Source: Octopus sinensis (lineage: Eukaryota). Taken from it: DNA of 64,000 nucleotides. Below the pieces are notes generated by a model, which searched no databases, was not told the origin of the DNA, and was given only the letters and a program-made list of their open reading frames with translations. The stretch lies in assembly GCF_006345805.1 (NCBI RefSeq), contig NC_043026.1:6076001-6140000 (forward strand). The letters run 5' to 3'. Shown here in pieces: positions 45,459 to 58,797 of this stretch (the stretch's first letter is position 1; the number at the start of each line of letters is the position of its first letter). The translations under genes and the position numbers were made by a program.

Positions 45459-45491
<33 letters not shown>

Positions 45492-46191
45492 CACATGTTA
45501 AAGGCGGTGTTCCAGCATGGCCGCAGTCAAATGACTGAATCAAGTAAAAGAGTATATATATGACAGGCTTCTTTCAGTTTCCGTCTACCAAATCTACTCA
45601 CAAGGCTTTGGTCGGCCCGAGGCTATAGTAGAAGACACTTGCCCAAGATGCCACGCAGCGGAACTGAACCTGGAACCATGTGGTGGTAAGCAAGCTACTT
45701 ACCACACAGCCACTCCTGCGCCTGTTTATATCTATAATATAAATTGGAGATGGGCGACCGTTGTATTCTTTCTTGTCTTGAGGTTCACAGCCAAACACCT
45801 GGGTGGATTCGCATGAAAAATGGCACACATATGGAGACGGGTGCACAGATTGGAATGCAGTTTGTATTTTTTTCCTAACTTCCATACTTACCAAGAAAAT
45901 TGATTAGAACTTATAATCGACTTAATCCGTTTGTCCTCTCTGTGTTTAGCCCCTTGTGGGTAGTAAAGAAATAGGTATTTCTTCCGATGCTACGTTCTGA
46001 GTTCAAATTCTGCCGAGGTCGACTTTGCCTTTTATCCTTTCGAGGTCGATAGATTAAACACCAGCTGCAAACTGTAATCAATCTAATCGACTGCCCCCCT
46101 TGTGCCTAGACTAGAAAAGATTATTAGGTCGACTTTGCCTTTGAAACCAATATTTTACATGTCTTGTGTGTGTCCCCTTTTTTTTTCCAGA

Positions 46192-46305
46192 ATGATCACA
46201 GACGTTCAGTTAGCCATTTTTGCTAATGCTCTTGGTGTTGGGCTTTTCCTGTTGGTGGTTCTCTACCATTATGTAGCAGTGAACCATCCGAAGAAAATGG
46301 AATAG
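46192..46305 (+). CDS. OST4: Oligosaccharyltransferase complex subunit 4 (37 aa)
   Basis: [37 protein letters not shown] is near-identical to metazoan OST4. Acceptor ttccag| at 46190 lies one base before the ATG; donor AAG|gtaagt at 46324/46325. Confidence 0.96.
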   Translation: MITDVQLAIFANALGVGLFLLVVLYHYVAVNHPKKME

Positions 46306-47649
46306 CACATGTTACCATCATAAGGTAAGTTCAATCGGACTCTGTCATCCCACGTCTCTTTTTCTTCTGGTATTGAGTACTAACTTGGACTGAACTTTTT
46401 ATTGGCAGCAAGAGAAAGAGGGATCAGTCTTCATCATCATCATCATCGTTTAACATCCGCTTTCCATGCTAACATAGGTTGGATGATTTGAGGTCTGGCA
46501 AACCAGATGGCTGCTCCAAACACCATTTTAATTAATAATGAAAACGTTATTTCTTTGTCAAAGAAGCGTGTTGTAGCTGGCTTGAAGCAAAATAGTAATG
46601 AAGATGGTGAACTTCTTACAATAAGATAAAGGAAAAGTTATAATCTTCATACTTCGAGCACAAAGGCTCATCATCAGTTCCAAACGGAATAAAGAAATGT
46701 CAGTCAATCAACATGACCATTACTGCATTGACCTACATTTCTTTAATTCATCCACTTCTGATAATGGGCCTTTGTGCTTGAAATGTAGAGATTATAAAAT
46801 TTTTGCAAGTGTGAATGTGTGTTAAGTTTGCTTCCCAACCACATGGTCCCAGGTTCAATTCCACCATGTGACACTTTGGGCGAGTGACTTCTGCCATAGC
46901 CCTGCGCCAACCAAAGCCTTGTGAGTGGATATGGTAGGCGGAAACTGTGTGGAAGAGTACCGTATACGTATGTACATGTTTGTCTGTTTGTGTATGTTTT
47001 ATAACTGTTTCTTTGCCATGGTGTTGCATGATAATTGTAAATAAATGTCACCACCACATAAGCGGTGTCCAATCTTCTGTGAAACCATGTCTTGTCATGG
47101 GGAAATAGTACCATTCTTGGAAACAGGTAAGGATTGGCAACAGGAAAGGCATCCAGCTGTAGAAAACCCACCTTAATAAAATTCCGCCGTACCCATCCGA
47201 GCATGGAGAAGTTGACATTAAAATGCCGACGATGATTGTAAGAAGGCCTCTTTCTTCATTTTTAAAAATTTTTGTCTCCTATTTGGCACGTAAATAGCAC
47301 CATCCGAACGTGGCTGATGCCAGCGCCACCTTGACTGGCTTCCATGCCAGTGGCACGTAAAAAGCACCAACTGATTGTGGCCACTGCCAGCCTCCCCTGG
47401 CACGTAAAAAGCACCCACTACACTCACAGTGGCTGGCGTTAGGAAGGGCATCCAGCTGTAGAAACATTGCCAGATCAGACTGGAGCCTGGTGCAGCCTCC
47501 TTGGCTTCCCAGACTCCAGTCGAACCATCCAACCCATGCTAGCATGGAAAACGGACATTAAACGATGATGATGATGATATTTCTGTTGTATCTAAAAAGA
47601 AAAAATAGTCGCGTGAAGCTAACTCTCTCTCTTATTTCTTTTCTTACAG

Positions 47650-47669
47650 ATCACTTTAGAATGAATAAA
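47650..47669 (+). other. Candidate OST4 3' UTR terminal exon with AATAAA
   Basis: Polypyrimidine tract + ttacag| at 47649, AATAAA at 47664-47669; provides an acceptor for the donor at 46325. Confidence 0.5.
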
Positions 47670-48230
47670 TACACCAAAAACAAATATATACATATATATA
47701 TATGTATATAAATACATATATATATATATATATAAAAATAAATAAAAAGTAAAACAGACCAAAAAGATTCCTCATGAAGACGTCTCATTTGTTTTTGTAA
47801 GTCACTTCAGATCATCAATAACTGGCCTAGTTTCGCCATCGGCCACAGCATGACCTTCCGCGATGGTTGTGCGAATTATTCATCCATAACATGTTTGCTA
47901 ACTATGAAATAAAAATGAATAGAAATACAAAACCTTGTTGTTTTAGACATCTCATTGGGGTGTGGGGTCAATTGTCCCTTTGTTTCAGTCATTAGACTGT
48001 GGCGCCATGCTGGGGCACTGCCTTGAAAGCTTTAAGGTTTTAGATGAAAAATAGTCGACCCCCATCGCTTGACAACCGATGCTGGTGTGTGTACGTCCTT
48101 GTAACTTAGCAGTTCAGCAAAAGTGACCAAGAGAATAAGTCCTGGGGTCGATTTGCTCGACTAAATGCGGTGCTCCAGCATGGCCACAGTCAAATGACTG
48201 AAATAAGTAAAAGTGTAAGAGTAAAGAGTA

Positions 48231-50974
48231 TATATATATATATTAATAAATAAAACATGCATATATACATACATATATGTACGTACCTACCTCTACATGT
48301 ATATATACATGCATATATGGGTACAGGACACCAAAAAAACGTCGAACACAATGAGAAACGAAAACATAGACACAAAACCAAGGAACTGGACATTTTTCTT
48401 AAACAACGAAAAAATAGAGTACAGGACGAATAACACAAGGAAAATTCCTCTTCTTCAGTCGCCTTCGAAGGTCAAGGCGATACATGACTTTAATGAAACA
48501 ATCGTTCCCTTGAAAATCAAATTAAATAAAATTTGAGATTTTTTTGCGGAGGGGTAAAAATGGTAACAAAAACAGGACAGTAACGACACATCCATTTCTA
48601 AGTAAGATTGGTTCTATATATATATATATTAATCAAAATAAAAACATGATGCCAAGAATTCAGCGGTACATATGTTTCGGGCCTTTATTAGACAGTTTTA
48701 TAACAATGCATAATGTGTGTCTATGGCCTTCTTCAGCCGCGCACAATTACTACTTCAAGGACATGTATTACATCAATGATTCTACGTTGGGGATGCAAAT
48801 CCTCTGTCGCGTACGACATAATGCGGTACCAGCACAAAAACGAAGCGTCCATCCCGTCTTTCTCTCAATGTAGAATGAGGAAGTTTGGATGTTGAGGTAA
48901 TATAAATAAATAAATATATAAATACACACAGACGTGAAAGAACCTGGTAATAAAAAAAAATAGGGGTAAAGGTAGAGGGGCGAATATATATATATTTGTG
49001 TGTGTGTGTGTGTCGCGTCCCCACCATTGCTTGACAACTGATGTTAGTGTGTGTACGTCCCTGTAACTTAGTGGTTCGGCAAAAGGGACTGATAGAATAA
49101 GTGCTAGGCTTACAAAGAATAAATCCTTGGGTTGATTTCTTTGACTAATGGTGGTACTCCAGCATGACCACAGTCAAATAACTGAAACAAATTAAAGAAT
49201 ATATATATATAGGCGCAGGAGTGGCTGTGTGGTAAGTAGCTTGCTTACCAACCACATGGTTCCAGGTTCAGTCCCGCTGCGTGGCATCTTGGGCAAGTAT
49301 CTTCTGCTATAGCCCCGGGCCGACCAAAGCCTTGTGAGTGGATTTGGTAGACGGAAACTGAAAGAAGCCCGTCGTATATATGTGTTTGCGTGTCTGTGTT
49401 TGTCCCCCTAGCATTGCTTGACAACCGGTGCTGGTGTGTTTATGTCCCCATCACTTAGCGGTTCGGCAAAAAGGGATGGATAGAATAAGTACTGGGCTTA
49501 CAAAGAATAAGTCCCGGGGTCGATCTGCTCGACTATAGGCGGTGCTCCAGCATGGTCGCAGTCAAATGACTGAAACAAGTAAAAAAGATAAAGAAAGAAT
49601 GTATATATATATATATTAATAAATAAAACATGCATATATACATACATATATGTACGTACCTACCTCTACATGTATATATACATGCATATATGGGTACAGG
49701 ACACCAAAAAAAAACGTCGAACACAATGAGAAACGAAAACATAGACACAAAACCAAGGAACTGGACATTTTTCTTAAACAACGAAAAAATAGAGTACAGG
49801 ACGAATAACACAAGGAAAATTCCTCTTCTTCAGTCGCCTTCGAAGGTCAAGGCGATACATGACTTTAATGAAACAATCGTTCCCTTGAAAATCAAATTAA
49901 ATAAAATTTGAGATTTTTTTGCGGAGGGGTAAAAATGGTAACAAAAACAGGACAGTAACGACACATCCATTTCTAAGTAAGATTGGTTCTATATATATAT
50001 ATATTAATCAAAATAAAAACATGATGCCAAGAATTCAGCGGTACATATGTTTCGGGCCTTTATTAGACAGTTTTATAACAATGCATAATGTGTGTCTATG
50101 GCCTTCTTCAGCCGCGCACAATTACTACTTCAAGGACATGTATTACATCAATGATTCTACGTTGGGGATGCAAATCCTCTGTCGCGTACGACATAATGCG
50201 GTACCAGCACAAAAACGAAGCGTCCATCCCGTCTTTCTCTCAATGTAGAATGAGGAAGTTTGGATGTTGAGGTAATATAAATAAATAAATATATAAATAC
50301 ACACAGACGTGAAAGAACCTGGTAATAAAAAAAATAGGGGTAAAGGTAGAGGGGCGAATATATATATATTGTGTGTGTGTGTGTGTCGCGTCCCCACCAT
50401 TGCTTGACAACTGATGTTAGTGTGTGTACGTCCCTGTAACTTAGTGGTTCGGCAAAAGGGACTGATAGAATAAGTGCTAGGCTTACAAAGAATAAATCCT
50501 TGGGTTGATTTCTTTGACTAATGGTGGTACTCCAGCATGACCACAGTCAAATAACTGAAACAAATTAAAGAATATATATATATAGGCGCAGGAGTGGCTG
50601 TGTGGTAAGTAGCTTGCTTACCAACCACATGGTTCCAGGTTCAGTCCCGCTGCGTGGCATCTTGGGCAAGTATCTTCTGCTATAGCCCCGGGCCGACCAA
50701 AGCCTTGTGAGTGGATTTGGTAGACGGAAACTGAAAGAAGCCCGTCGTATATATGTGTTTGCGTGTCTGTGTTTGTCCCCCTAGCATTGCTTGACAACCG
50801 GTGCTGGTGTGTTTATGTCCCCATCACTTAGCGGTTCGGCAAAAAGGGATGGATAGAATAAGTACTGGGCTTACAAAGAATAAGTCCCGGGGTCGATCTG
50901 CTCGACTATAGGCGGTGCTCCAGCATGGTCGCAGTCAAATGACTGAAACAAGTAAAAAAGATAAAGAAAGAATG

Positions 50975-50985
<11 letters not shown>
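48231..50985. repeat. Tandem direct duplication, ~1375-bp unit
   Basis: 48231-49605 vs 49606-50985; identical ORFs offset by 1375 in the track (48544/49919, 48713/50088). Confidence 0.95.
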
Positions 50986-51006
<21 letters not shown>

Positions 51007-51780
51007 TATGACAGGCTTCTTTCAGTTTCCATCTACCAAATCCACTCATGAGGCTTTGTTTGGCCCAAGGCTATAGTAGAATTGCCCAAAGTACCATGTG
51101 GTGGGATTGAACCCAGAACCATGTGGTTGGGAAGCAAGCTTCTTACCACACAGCCACGCCTATCTTTCATCTTTTACTTATTTCATTTATTAGACTGTGG
51201 CCATGCTGGAGCTCTGCCTTTAGTTGAGCAAATCAATCCCATGACTTATTCTTTGTAAGCCTGGTACATATTCTATCAGTCTCCTTTTCCCGAACCGCTA
51301 AGTTATGGGGGACGTAAACACTCCAACATCGGTTGTCAAGCGATGGTGGAGGGACAAACACAGACACAAATATATATATACATATACAACGGACTTCTTT
51401 CAGTTTCCATGTACCAAATCCACTCACAAGGCTTTGGTCAGCCGGAGGCTATAATAGAAGACACTTACCCAAGGTGCCACACAGTGGGACTGAACCCAGA
51501 ACCTTGTGGTTGTGAAGCAAGATTCTTACCACACATCCACACCTGTCTTTTATCTATTCTTTCAATCATTAGACTGTGGCCATGCTGGGGCACTACCTTG
51601 AGGAATTTTTAGTGAAACTAATCAACCCAAATATTTTCTTTTTAAGCCTGATACACCATCACCAGTTGCCAAATAGCCTGGAATTATTGTACAAGACACT
51701 TTTCCCAAGATGCCATGCTATGGAACTGAACCTGGAACCATGTAGTTGAGGGGCAAATTTGTTGCCACACAGCTACGCAG

Positions 51781-53784
51781 CCCTAAACGTAACCCTAACT
51801 CTAAATGCAACCCCAACTCTAAACGCAACCCCAACTCGAAACGCAACCTTAAACGTAACCCTAACTCTAAACGCAACCCTTACTCTAAACGCAACCCTAA
51901 CCTTAACCCTAACTCTAAATGCAACCCCAACTCTAAACATAACCCTAACTCTAAACGTAACCCTTACTCTAAACGCAACCCTAACTCTAAACGTAACCCT
52001 AACCCTAAACGTAACCCCAACTCTAAACGCAACCCCAACTCTAAACGCAACCCCAACTCTAAACGTAACCCCAACTCTAAACGCAACCCCAACTCTAAAC
52101 GTAACCCTAACCCTAACTCTAAACGCAACCCCAACTCTAAATGCAACCCCAACCCCAACTCTAAATGCAACCCCAACTCTAAACGCAACTCCAACTCTAA
52201 ACGCAACCCCAACCCTAACTCTAAACTCAACCCCAACTCTAAACGTAACCCCAACTCTAAACGCAACCCCAACTCTAAACGTAACCCTAACTCTAAACGC
52301 AACTCCAACTCTAAACGCAACCCCAACCCTAACTCTAAACTCAACCCCAACTCTAAACGCAACCCTAACTCTAAACGTAACCCCAACCCTAACTCTAAAC
52401 GCAACCCCAACTCTAAACGCAACCCCAACTCTAAACGCAACCCCAACCCTAAACGTAACCCCAACTCTAAACGCAACCCCAACTCTAAACGCAACCCCAA
52501 CCCTAAACGTAACCCCAACCCCAACCCTAAACGCAACCCCAACTCTAAACGCAACCCCAACTCTAAACGCAACCCCAACCCTAAACGTAACCCCAACTCT
52601 AAACGCAACCCCAACTCTAAACGCAACCCCAACCCTAAACATAACCCCAACTCTAAACGCAACCCCAACTCTAAACGCAACCCCAACCCTAAACGCAACC
52701 CCAACTCTAAACGCAACCCCAACTCTAAATGCAACCCCAACCCTAAACGTAACCCCAACTCTAAACGCAACCCCAACTCTAAACGTAACCCCAACCCTAA
52801 ACGTAACCCCAACTCTAAACGCAACCCCAACTCTAAACGCAACCCCAACCCTAAACGTAACCCCAACTCTAAACGCAACCCCAACCCTAAACGCAACCCC
52901 AACCCTAAACGCAACCCCAACTCTAAACGCAACCCCAACCCTAAACGTAACCCCAACTCTAAACGCAACCCCAACTCTAAACGCAACCCCAACCCTAAAC
53001 GTAACCCCAACTCTAAACGTAACCCTAACTCTAAACGCAACTCCAACTCTAAACGCAACCCCAACCCTAAACTAACCCCAACTCTAAACGCAACCCCAAC
53101 CTAAACGTAACCCCAACTCTAAACGCAACCCCAACTCTAAACGCAACCCCAACCTAAACGTAACCCCAACTCTAAACGCAACCCCAACCCCAACTCTAAA
53201 CGCAACCCCAACCCTAAACGTACCCCAACTCTAAACGTAACCCTAACTCTAAACGCAACTCCAACTCTAAACGCAACCCCAACCCTAAACGTAACCCCAA
53301 CTCTAAACGCAACTCCAACTCTAAACGCAACCCCAACCCTAACTCTAAACTCAACCCCAACTCTAAACGCAACCCTAACTCTAAACGTAACCCCAACCCC
53401 AACTCTAAACGCAACCCCAACTCTAAACGCAACCCCAACTCTAAACGCAACCCCAACCCTAAACGTAACCCCAACTCTAAACGCAACCCCAACTCTAAAC
53501 GCAACCCCAACCCTAAACGTAACCCCAACTCTAAACGCAACCCCAACTCTAAACGCAACCCCAACCCTAAACGTAACCCCAACTCTAAACGCAACCCCAA
53601 CTCTAAACGCAACCCCAACCCTAAACGGAACCCCAACTCTAAACGCAACCCCAACTCTAAACGCAACCCCAACCCTAAACGTAACCCCAACTCTAAACGC
53701 AACCCCAACTCTAAACGCAACCCCAACTCTAAACGCAACCCCAACTCTAAACGTAACCCCAACTCTAAACGTAACCCTAAACGC
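51781..53784. repeat. 2-kb telomere-like satellite, 18-bp unit AACCCCAACTCTAAACGC built from hexamers
   Basis: Hexamers AACCCT/AACCCC, AACTCT, AAACGC/AAACGT; perfect AACCCTAACCCTAA at about 51995-52008. Confidence 0.95.
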
Positions 53785-53789
53785 CGAAA

Positions 53790-54078
53790 ACGGAGTGGTG
53801 TGCGTATTCTTCGCCTTGGCCCTATACTTTGTTTTCATTGGCTGATATACAGAGCGGAAGTGACGTCACATGTCAAACCTGGAAGCGTGACATTAAAACC
53901 GAAATGAAACAAACAAACGAAAATCGTTTCGGGATTTTTTTCTTTTCTTCTGATTTTTGGCGAAACGAGAAGCAAACGTCTGTTCATCTGAATTAAGAAT
54001 TAAGGTTGAGTCGTTTCTGTTCTGCTTTCGGGGGGAACAGAAGACGGAGAAGAAGAAAGGATTTTAGCCGAGGTAAGA
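53790..54078 (+). promoter_or_regulatory. CpG-rich promoter and non-coding leader exon upstream of the zinc-finger genes
   Basis: Reverse CCAAT (attgg), CGGAAGTGACGTCA (ETS plus CRE composite) at about 53855-53868, CpG-rich flanks, donor CCGAG|GTAAGA at 54072/54073. Confidence 0.6.
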
Positions 54079-54188
54079 GGAAAATATTTAAAGTTTTTCG
54101 CCCTTCACTTGGTTCGGTGCCGCCCCCAAACCCCTCCACAATAATTTATTATGATCGATAATAAGATCGATAATAAAAATTAAGTTGG

Positions 54189-54381
54189 GTACTACTCGAG
54201 AACAAGCGGTCCCGGTGCGCGCACTCGCGTAGTCGCGCATCCGCGCTAGCTAGTCGTGACTAGTCGATCCTTTGTGTTTTTGTGTGTATTATTTACTTTG
54301 CTAGGTAGTCGTTGTAGGATCGACTAGTCACGACTAGCTAGCGCGAGTGCGCGCACCGGGACCACTGTTCTCGAGTAGGAC
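54189..54381. repeat. CpG-rich inverted repeat (~65-bp arms, 46-nt loop, 16-nt bulge)
   Basis: Left arm 54189-54270 pairs with 54317-54381. Confidence 0.9.
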
Positions 54382-54917
54382 CATCAAGTTGGATTAATTA
54401 TTTTGGGGGTGGGGACGGAATTCTGCTTTAAGGCCTCCCCCCGTATAACCCGTCGATCTGAATTTATTTGGTGGGCGGGGATCGGATCTTCAGAAAAAAT
54501 GTGTCCGAATTAGTCGGGAATTCATACGAAAAAATAATTTTAATTTTTCGGAATTTTAAAAAAGAAAAAAAAACAGACTTTAAAAAATATGGATTGTCCG
54601 AATTTTTGGCTTAAATCCTGGCAAATTGACCATTAAATACGTTTATGGCGAGAAAGATATTGAGAAACCTCTTCGTTGACAAAGAAACGAGGAAGGTGCG
54701 AGGTGGTCGTGAGATGTGCTAAAAATAACAGCTAAATGACCCTTAAATCACACAAATAAAAGTGTTTTTTTGGGTTTAGATTTTGCTTAATTGTATGAAT
54801 TCTCGTGTGTAGAACATGAATTCGCAAATATTTTCTGAAAATCCCCAGAAACCAAAAAAAGTGGGGTTATTTATATGGGGGTGCTTTAAGCAGATTTCTG
54901 CCAATTAATAACATACA

Positions 54918-55311
54918 TCTTTATACATAAAACTAAAGTTGTGTGTCTCCTACGATTTAGATTCCTAACTACTCCCACATTTTGCAGTGCAGTTTAACCA
55001 AAACCGGGTATCTTATAGTCGTGATTCATATCGAGCCCTTCTGGGTATTAGCGCGCGTCTACGATGAGTCTACGATTTAAAAAATAATTTACCATCATTT
55101 TTTTCCATTTTAATGCATTTTTCGCTATTATATAAGGGAAGTAACTCTCTAAAAATGTCTACGATGAGTCAACGATTAAAAAAAAACTTTACCATCATTT
55201 TTTTTCCATTTTTAATGCATTTTTTTTGCTATCTTTTGGCTATAACTCTCTAAAAATGCTTATATAGTTATTTCCCTTACAAACCCGAGCAACGCCGGGC
55301 GATACTGCTAG
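54918..55311 (+). mobile_element. Short non-autonomous Helitron
   Basis: A|TC 5' end, CCCG-AGCAACGC-CGGG subterminal hairpin, CTAG|T 3' end; copies at 23217-23522(+) and 42004-~42400(-). Confidence 0.85.
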
Positions 55312-55625
55312 TTATTGATAGAATTAAACGTCGTAGTTTCAGATTAGGACATCCACATGAGTTGGATTTTTCTGTTTTGACAGGGATTTTTCCATTAGTA
55401 TTTTTCTACAACAGCCTTCGAAATGATAACGGGAAGGATTTTATGAACAAAAAAAAAGTTTGAGAATTTACGATTTTTTCTTTTACCCCCACCTCTGTTC
55501 CCTGCCTCACCCCGTCCGGACCGATTTTGGCCGATTTATTTTGCCCTATGCATTTAAAAACAATGGGAGAAGCCTTTTCGTTCAAAAAAAAAAAAAAGAT
55601 TTTGAAACTATTTTCAGACGAGAGG

Positions 55626-56637
55626 GTGTGTGATTTAAAGTAGATTTAGCTGCTGTTTCTAGCACACTCCCTGACCACGACCACCTGATACGAAAAGGTG
55701 TGTGATTTAAGGTAGATTTAGCTGCTGTTTCTAGCACACTCCCTGACCACAACCACCTGATACGAAAAGGTGTGCGATTTAAGATAGATTTAGCTGTTGT
55801 TTCTAGCACACTCCACGACCACCTGATAGGAAAAGTTGTGTGATTTAAGATAGATTTAGCTGGTGTTTCTAGCACACTCTCCGACCACCTGATAGGAAAA
55901 GTTGTGTGATTTAAGGTAGATTTAGCTGCTGTTTCTAGCACACTCCCTGACCACGACCACCTGATAGGAAAAGGTGTGTGATTTAAGGTAGATTTAGCTG
56001 CTGTTTCTAGCACACTCCCTGACCACGACCACCTGATACGAAAAGTTGTGTGATTTAAGATAGATTTAGCTGTTGTTTCTAGCACACTCCCCGACCATCT
56101 GATAGGAAAAGTTGTGTGATTTAAGATAGATTTAGCTGGTGTTTCTAGCACACTCCCCGACCATCTGATAGGAAAAGTTGTGTGATTTAAGATAGATTTA
56201 GCTGTTGTTTCTAGCACACTCCCCGACCATCTGATAGGAAAAGTTGTGTGATTTAAGATAGATTTAGCTGGTGTTTCTAGCACACTCCCCGATCACCTGA
56301 TAGGAAAAGTTGTGTGATTTAAGATAGATTTAGCTGTTGTTTCTAGCACACTCCCCGACCATCTGATAGGAAAAGTTGTGTGATTTAAGATAGATTTAGC
56401 TGGTGTTTCTAGCACACTCCCCAACCACCCGATAGGAAAAGTTGTGTGATTTAAGATAGATTTAGCTGGTGTTTCTAGCACACTCCCCGACCACCTGATA
56501 GGAAAAGTTGTGTGATTTAAGATAGATTTAGCTGTTATTTCTAGCACACTCCCTGACCACGACCACCTGATACAAAAAGGTGTGTGATTTAAGGTAGATT
56601 TAGCTGTTGTTTCTAGCGCATTCCACGACCACCTGAT
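55626..56637. repeat. 66/72-bp minisatellite, about 15 copies
   Basis: Unit GACCACCTGATAGGAAAAGTTGTGTGATTTAAGATAGATTTAGCTGGTGTTTCTAGCACACTCCCC; length variants differ by GACCAC. Confidence 0.95.
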
Positions 56638-57144
56638 ACCATTCTCGCCTCTTCGTCACTCTGACGGCATGTATTGAGGTTTTTCCATATTCCCCCTCCC
56701 CCTGAACACATTTTGTTTAGCCCCAGGATGGCCCATTGTAGGCATTTAAGCAACAAAAAAATGCACATAACCTCTCATAAATTCAAATTTTTTTTGTTTG
56801 GAATTTTCAGAAAACTTTTGTGAATTTGTGTTTTAGACATGGAATTCATAAAATTATGGGAAAAAAAAAAATTTGTATACTCTCTTACTTGTTTCAGTCA
56901 TTTGACTGCGGCCATGCTGGAGCACCGCCTTTTAGTCGAGCAAATCGACCCCGGGACTTATTCTTTGTAAGCCCAGTACTTATTCTATCGGTCTCTTTTG
57001 CCGAACTGCTAAGTAACGGGGACATAAACACACCAGCATCGGTTGTCAAGCAATGCTAGGGGGACAAACACAGACACACACATATATATTGATTGATTGA
57101 TTCTAGTTTCAGCTCATGAGCTGTGGCCATGCTGGGGCACCGCC

Positions 57145-57201
<57 letters not shown>

Positions 57202-58702
57202 TATATATATACATATATACAACAGGCTTCTTTCAGTTTCCGTCTACCAAATCAACTCACAAGGCATTGGTCGGCCCGGGGCTATAGTAGAAGACACTTG
57301 TCCAAGGTGCCATGCAGTGGGACTGAACCCAGAACCATGTGGTTGGTTAGCAAGCTACTTACCACACAGCCACTCCTGTGTGCCCAACAAATGAAGTGAG
57401 TTCATGGCTCTCAGGACGGCCTGCTGTGCTAACCTTGGATCGTAGGGCGGCCTTCTGTGCTTGATGAGACCAATTGAGTCAAGTCCATCAACATCAAAAT
57501 AAAAATCAAATGGAAATTGTAGTTGTGATACCTGTGCTGATGGCACGTAAAAAGCACCAACCAAATGTGGTCGATGACAGCACCACCTTGACTGGCATCC
57601 GTGCCGGTGACACGTAAAAAGCACCAACCAAATGTGGTCGATGACAGCACCACCTTGACTGGCATCCGTGCCGGTGACACGTAAAAAGCACCAACCGATT
57701 TTGACCGTTTGCCAGTCTCCCGTAGCCCCTCGGCCGGTGGCACATAAAAAGCACCCACTACACTTACGGAGTGTAGAAACACTGCCAGATCAGACGGGAG
57801 CTTGGTGCAGCCCCTGGCTTCCCAGACCCCAGTCGAACCGTCCAACCCATGCCAGCATGGACAACAGACATTAAATGATGATACTCTTTTACTTGTTTCA
57901 GTCATTTGACTGCGGCCATGCTGGAGCACCGCCTTTTAGTCAAGCAAATCGACCCCGGTACTTATTCTTTGTAAGCCCAGTACTTATTCTATCAGTCTCT
58001 TTTGCTGAACCGCTAAGTGACGGGGACGTAAACACACCAGCATCGGTTGTCAAGCAATGCTAGGGGAACAAACACAGACACACATACATATACACACACA
58101 CTTATATATATATACATATATACGACAGGCTTCTTTCAGTTTCCGTCTACCAAATCCACTCACAAGGCTTTGGTCGGCCCGGGGCTATAGCAGAAGACAC
58201 TTGCCCAAGATGCCATGCAGTGGGACTGAACCCGGAAGCATGTGGTTGGTTAGCAAGCTACTTACCACACAGCCACTCCTGCGCCTGATGATGATGATTT
58301 CATTAAAAAATATCCATTTTTTCTGGAAGTTATGAGGAAACAAAGTCACTTGTCTGCCAGATTTCATAAGCAACCACTGACTGTACTCAGAGAGACCAGG
58401 ATGCGCCTTGTTACTTGTATGATTTGGGAGAATCATCACCAGAGTTGTGGAGTCGAAACAAAAAACTTTGACTGACTCTTCTACTACTGACACCTCCGAC
58501 TCCGACTCCTCTTTATGTAATCTTTAGGTGCAGGAGTGGCTGTGTGGTAAGTAGCTTGCTAACCAACCACATGGCTCCGGGTTCAGTCCCACTGCGTGGT
58601 ACCTTGGGCAAGTGTCTTCTGCTATAGCCCCGGGCCGACCAAAGCCTTGTGAGTGGATTTGGTAGACGAAAAGTGAAAGAAGCCCGTCGTATATATGTAT
58701 AT

Positions 58703-58797
<95 letters not shown>

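Noticed and set aside
46102-46190. N-terminal extension of OST4 in the ORF track
   Set aside because: It is intron sequence (SINE C remnant and polypyrimidine tract) ending in a canonical acceptor.
51746-53838. Long ORFs of 182-452 aa on both strands (KRNPNS, TLNATP, FRVGVA, GLRLEL repeats)
   Set aside because: They arise from a stop-free 18-bp satellite open in several frames at once, with no splice or protein-family support.
55626-56637. Regular array as a possible CRISPR
   Set aside because: Whole units repeat with no unique spacers, the context is eukaryotic, and there are no cas genes.
58437-58512. CAGAGTTGTGGAGTCG...ACTCCGACTCCGACTCC, possible DNA-transposon remnant
   Set aside because: Single short fragment with no second terminus or TSD visible.
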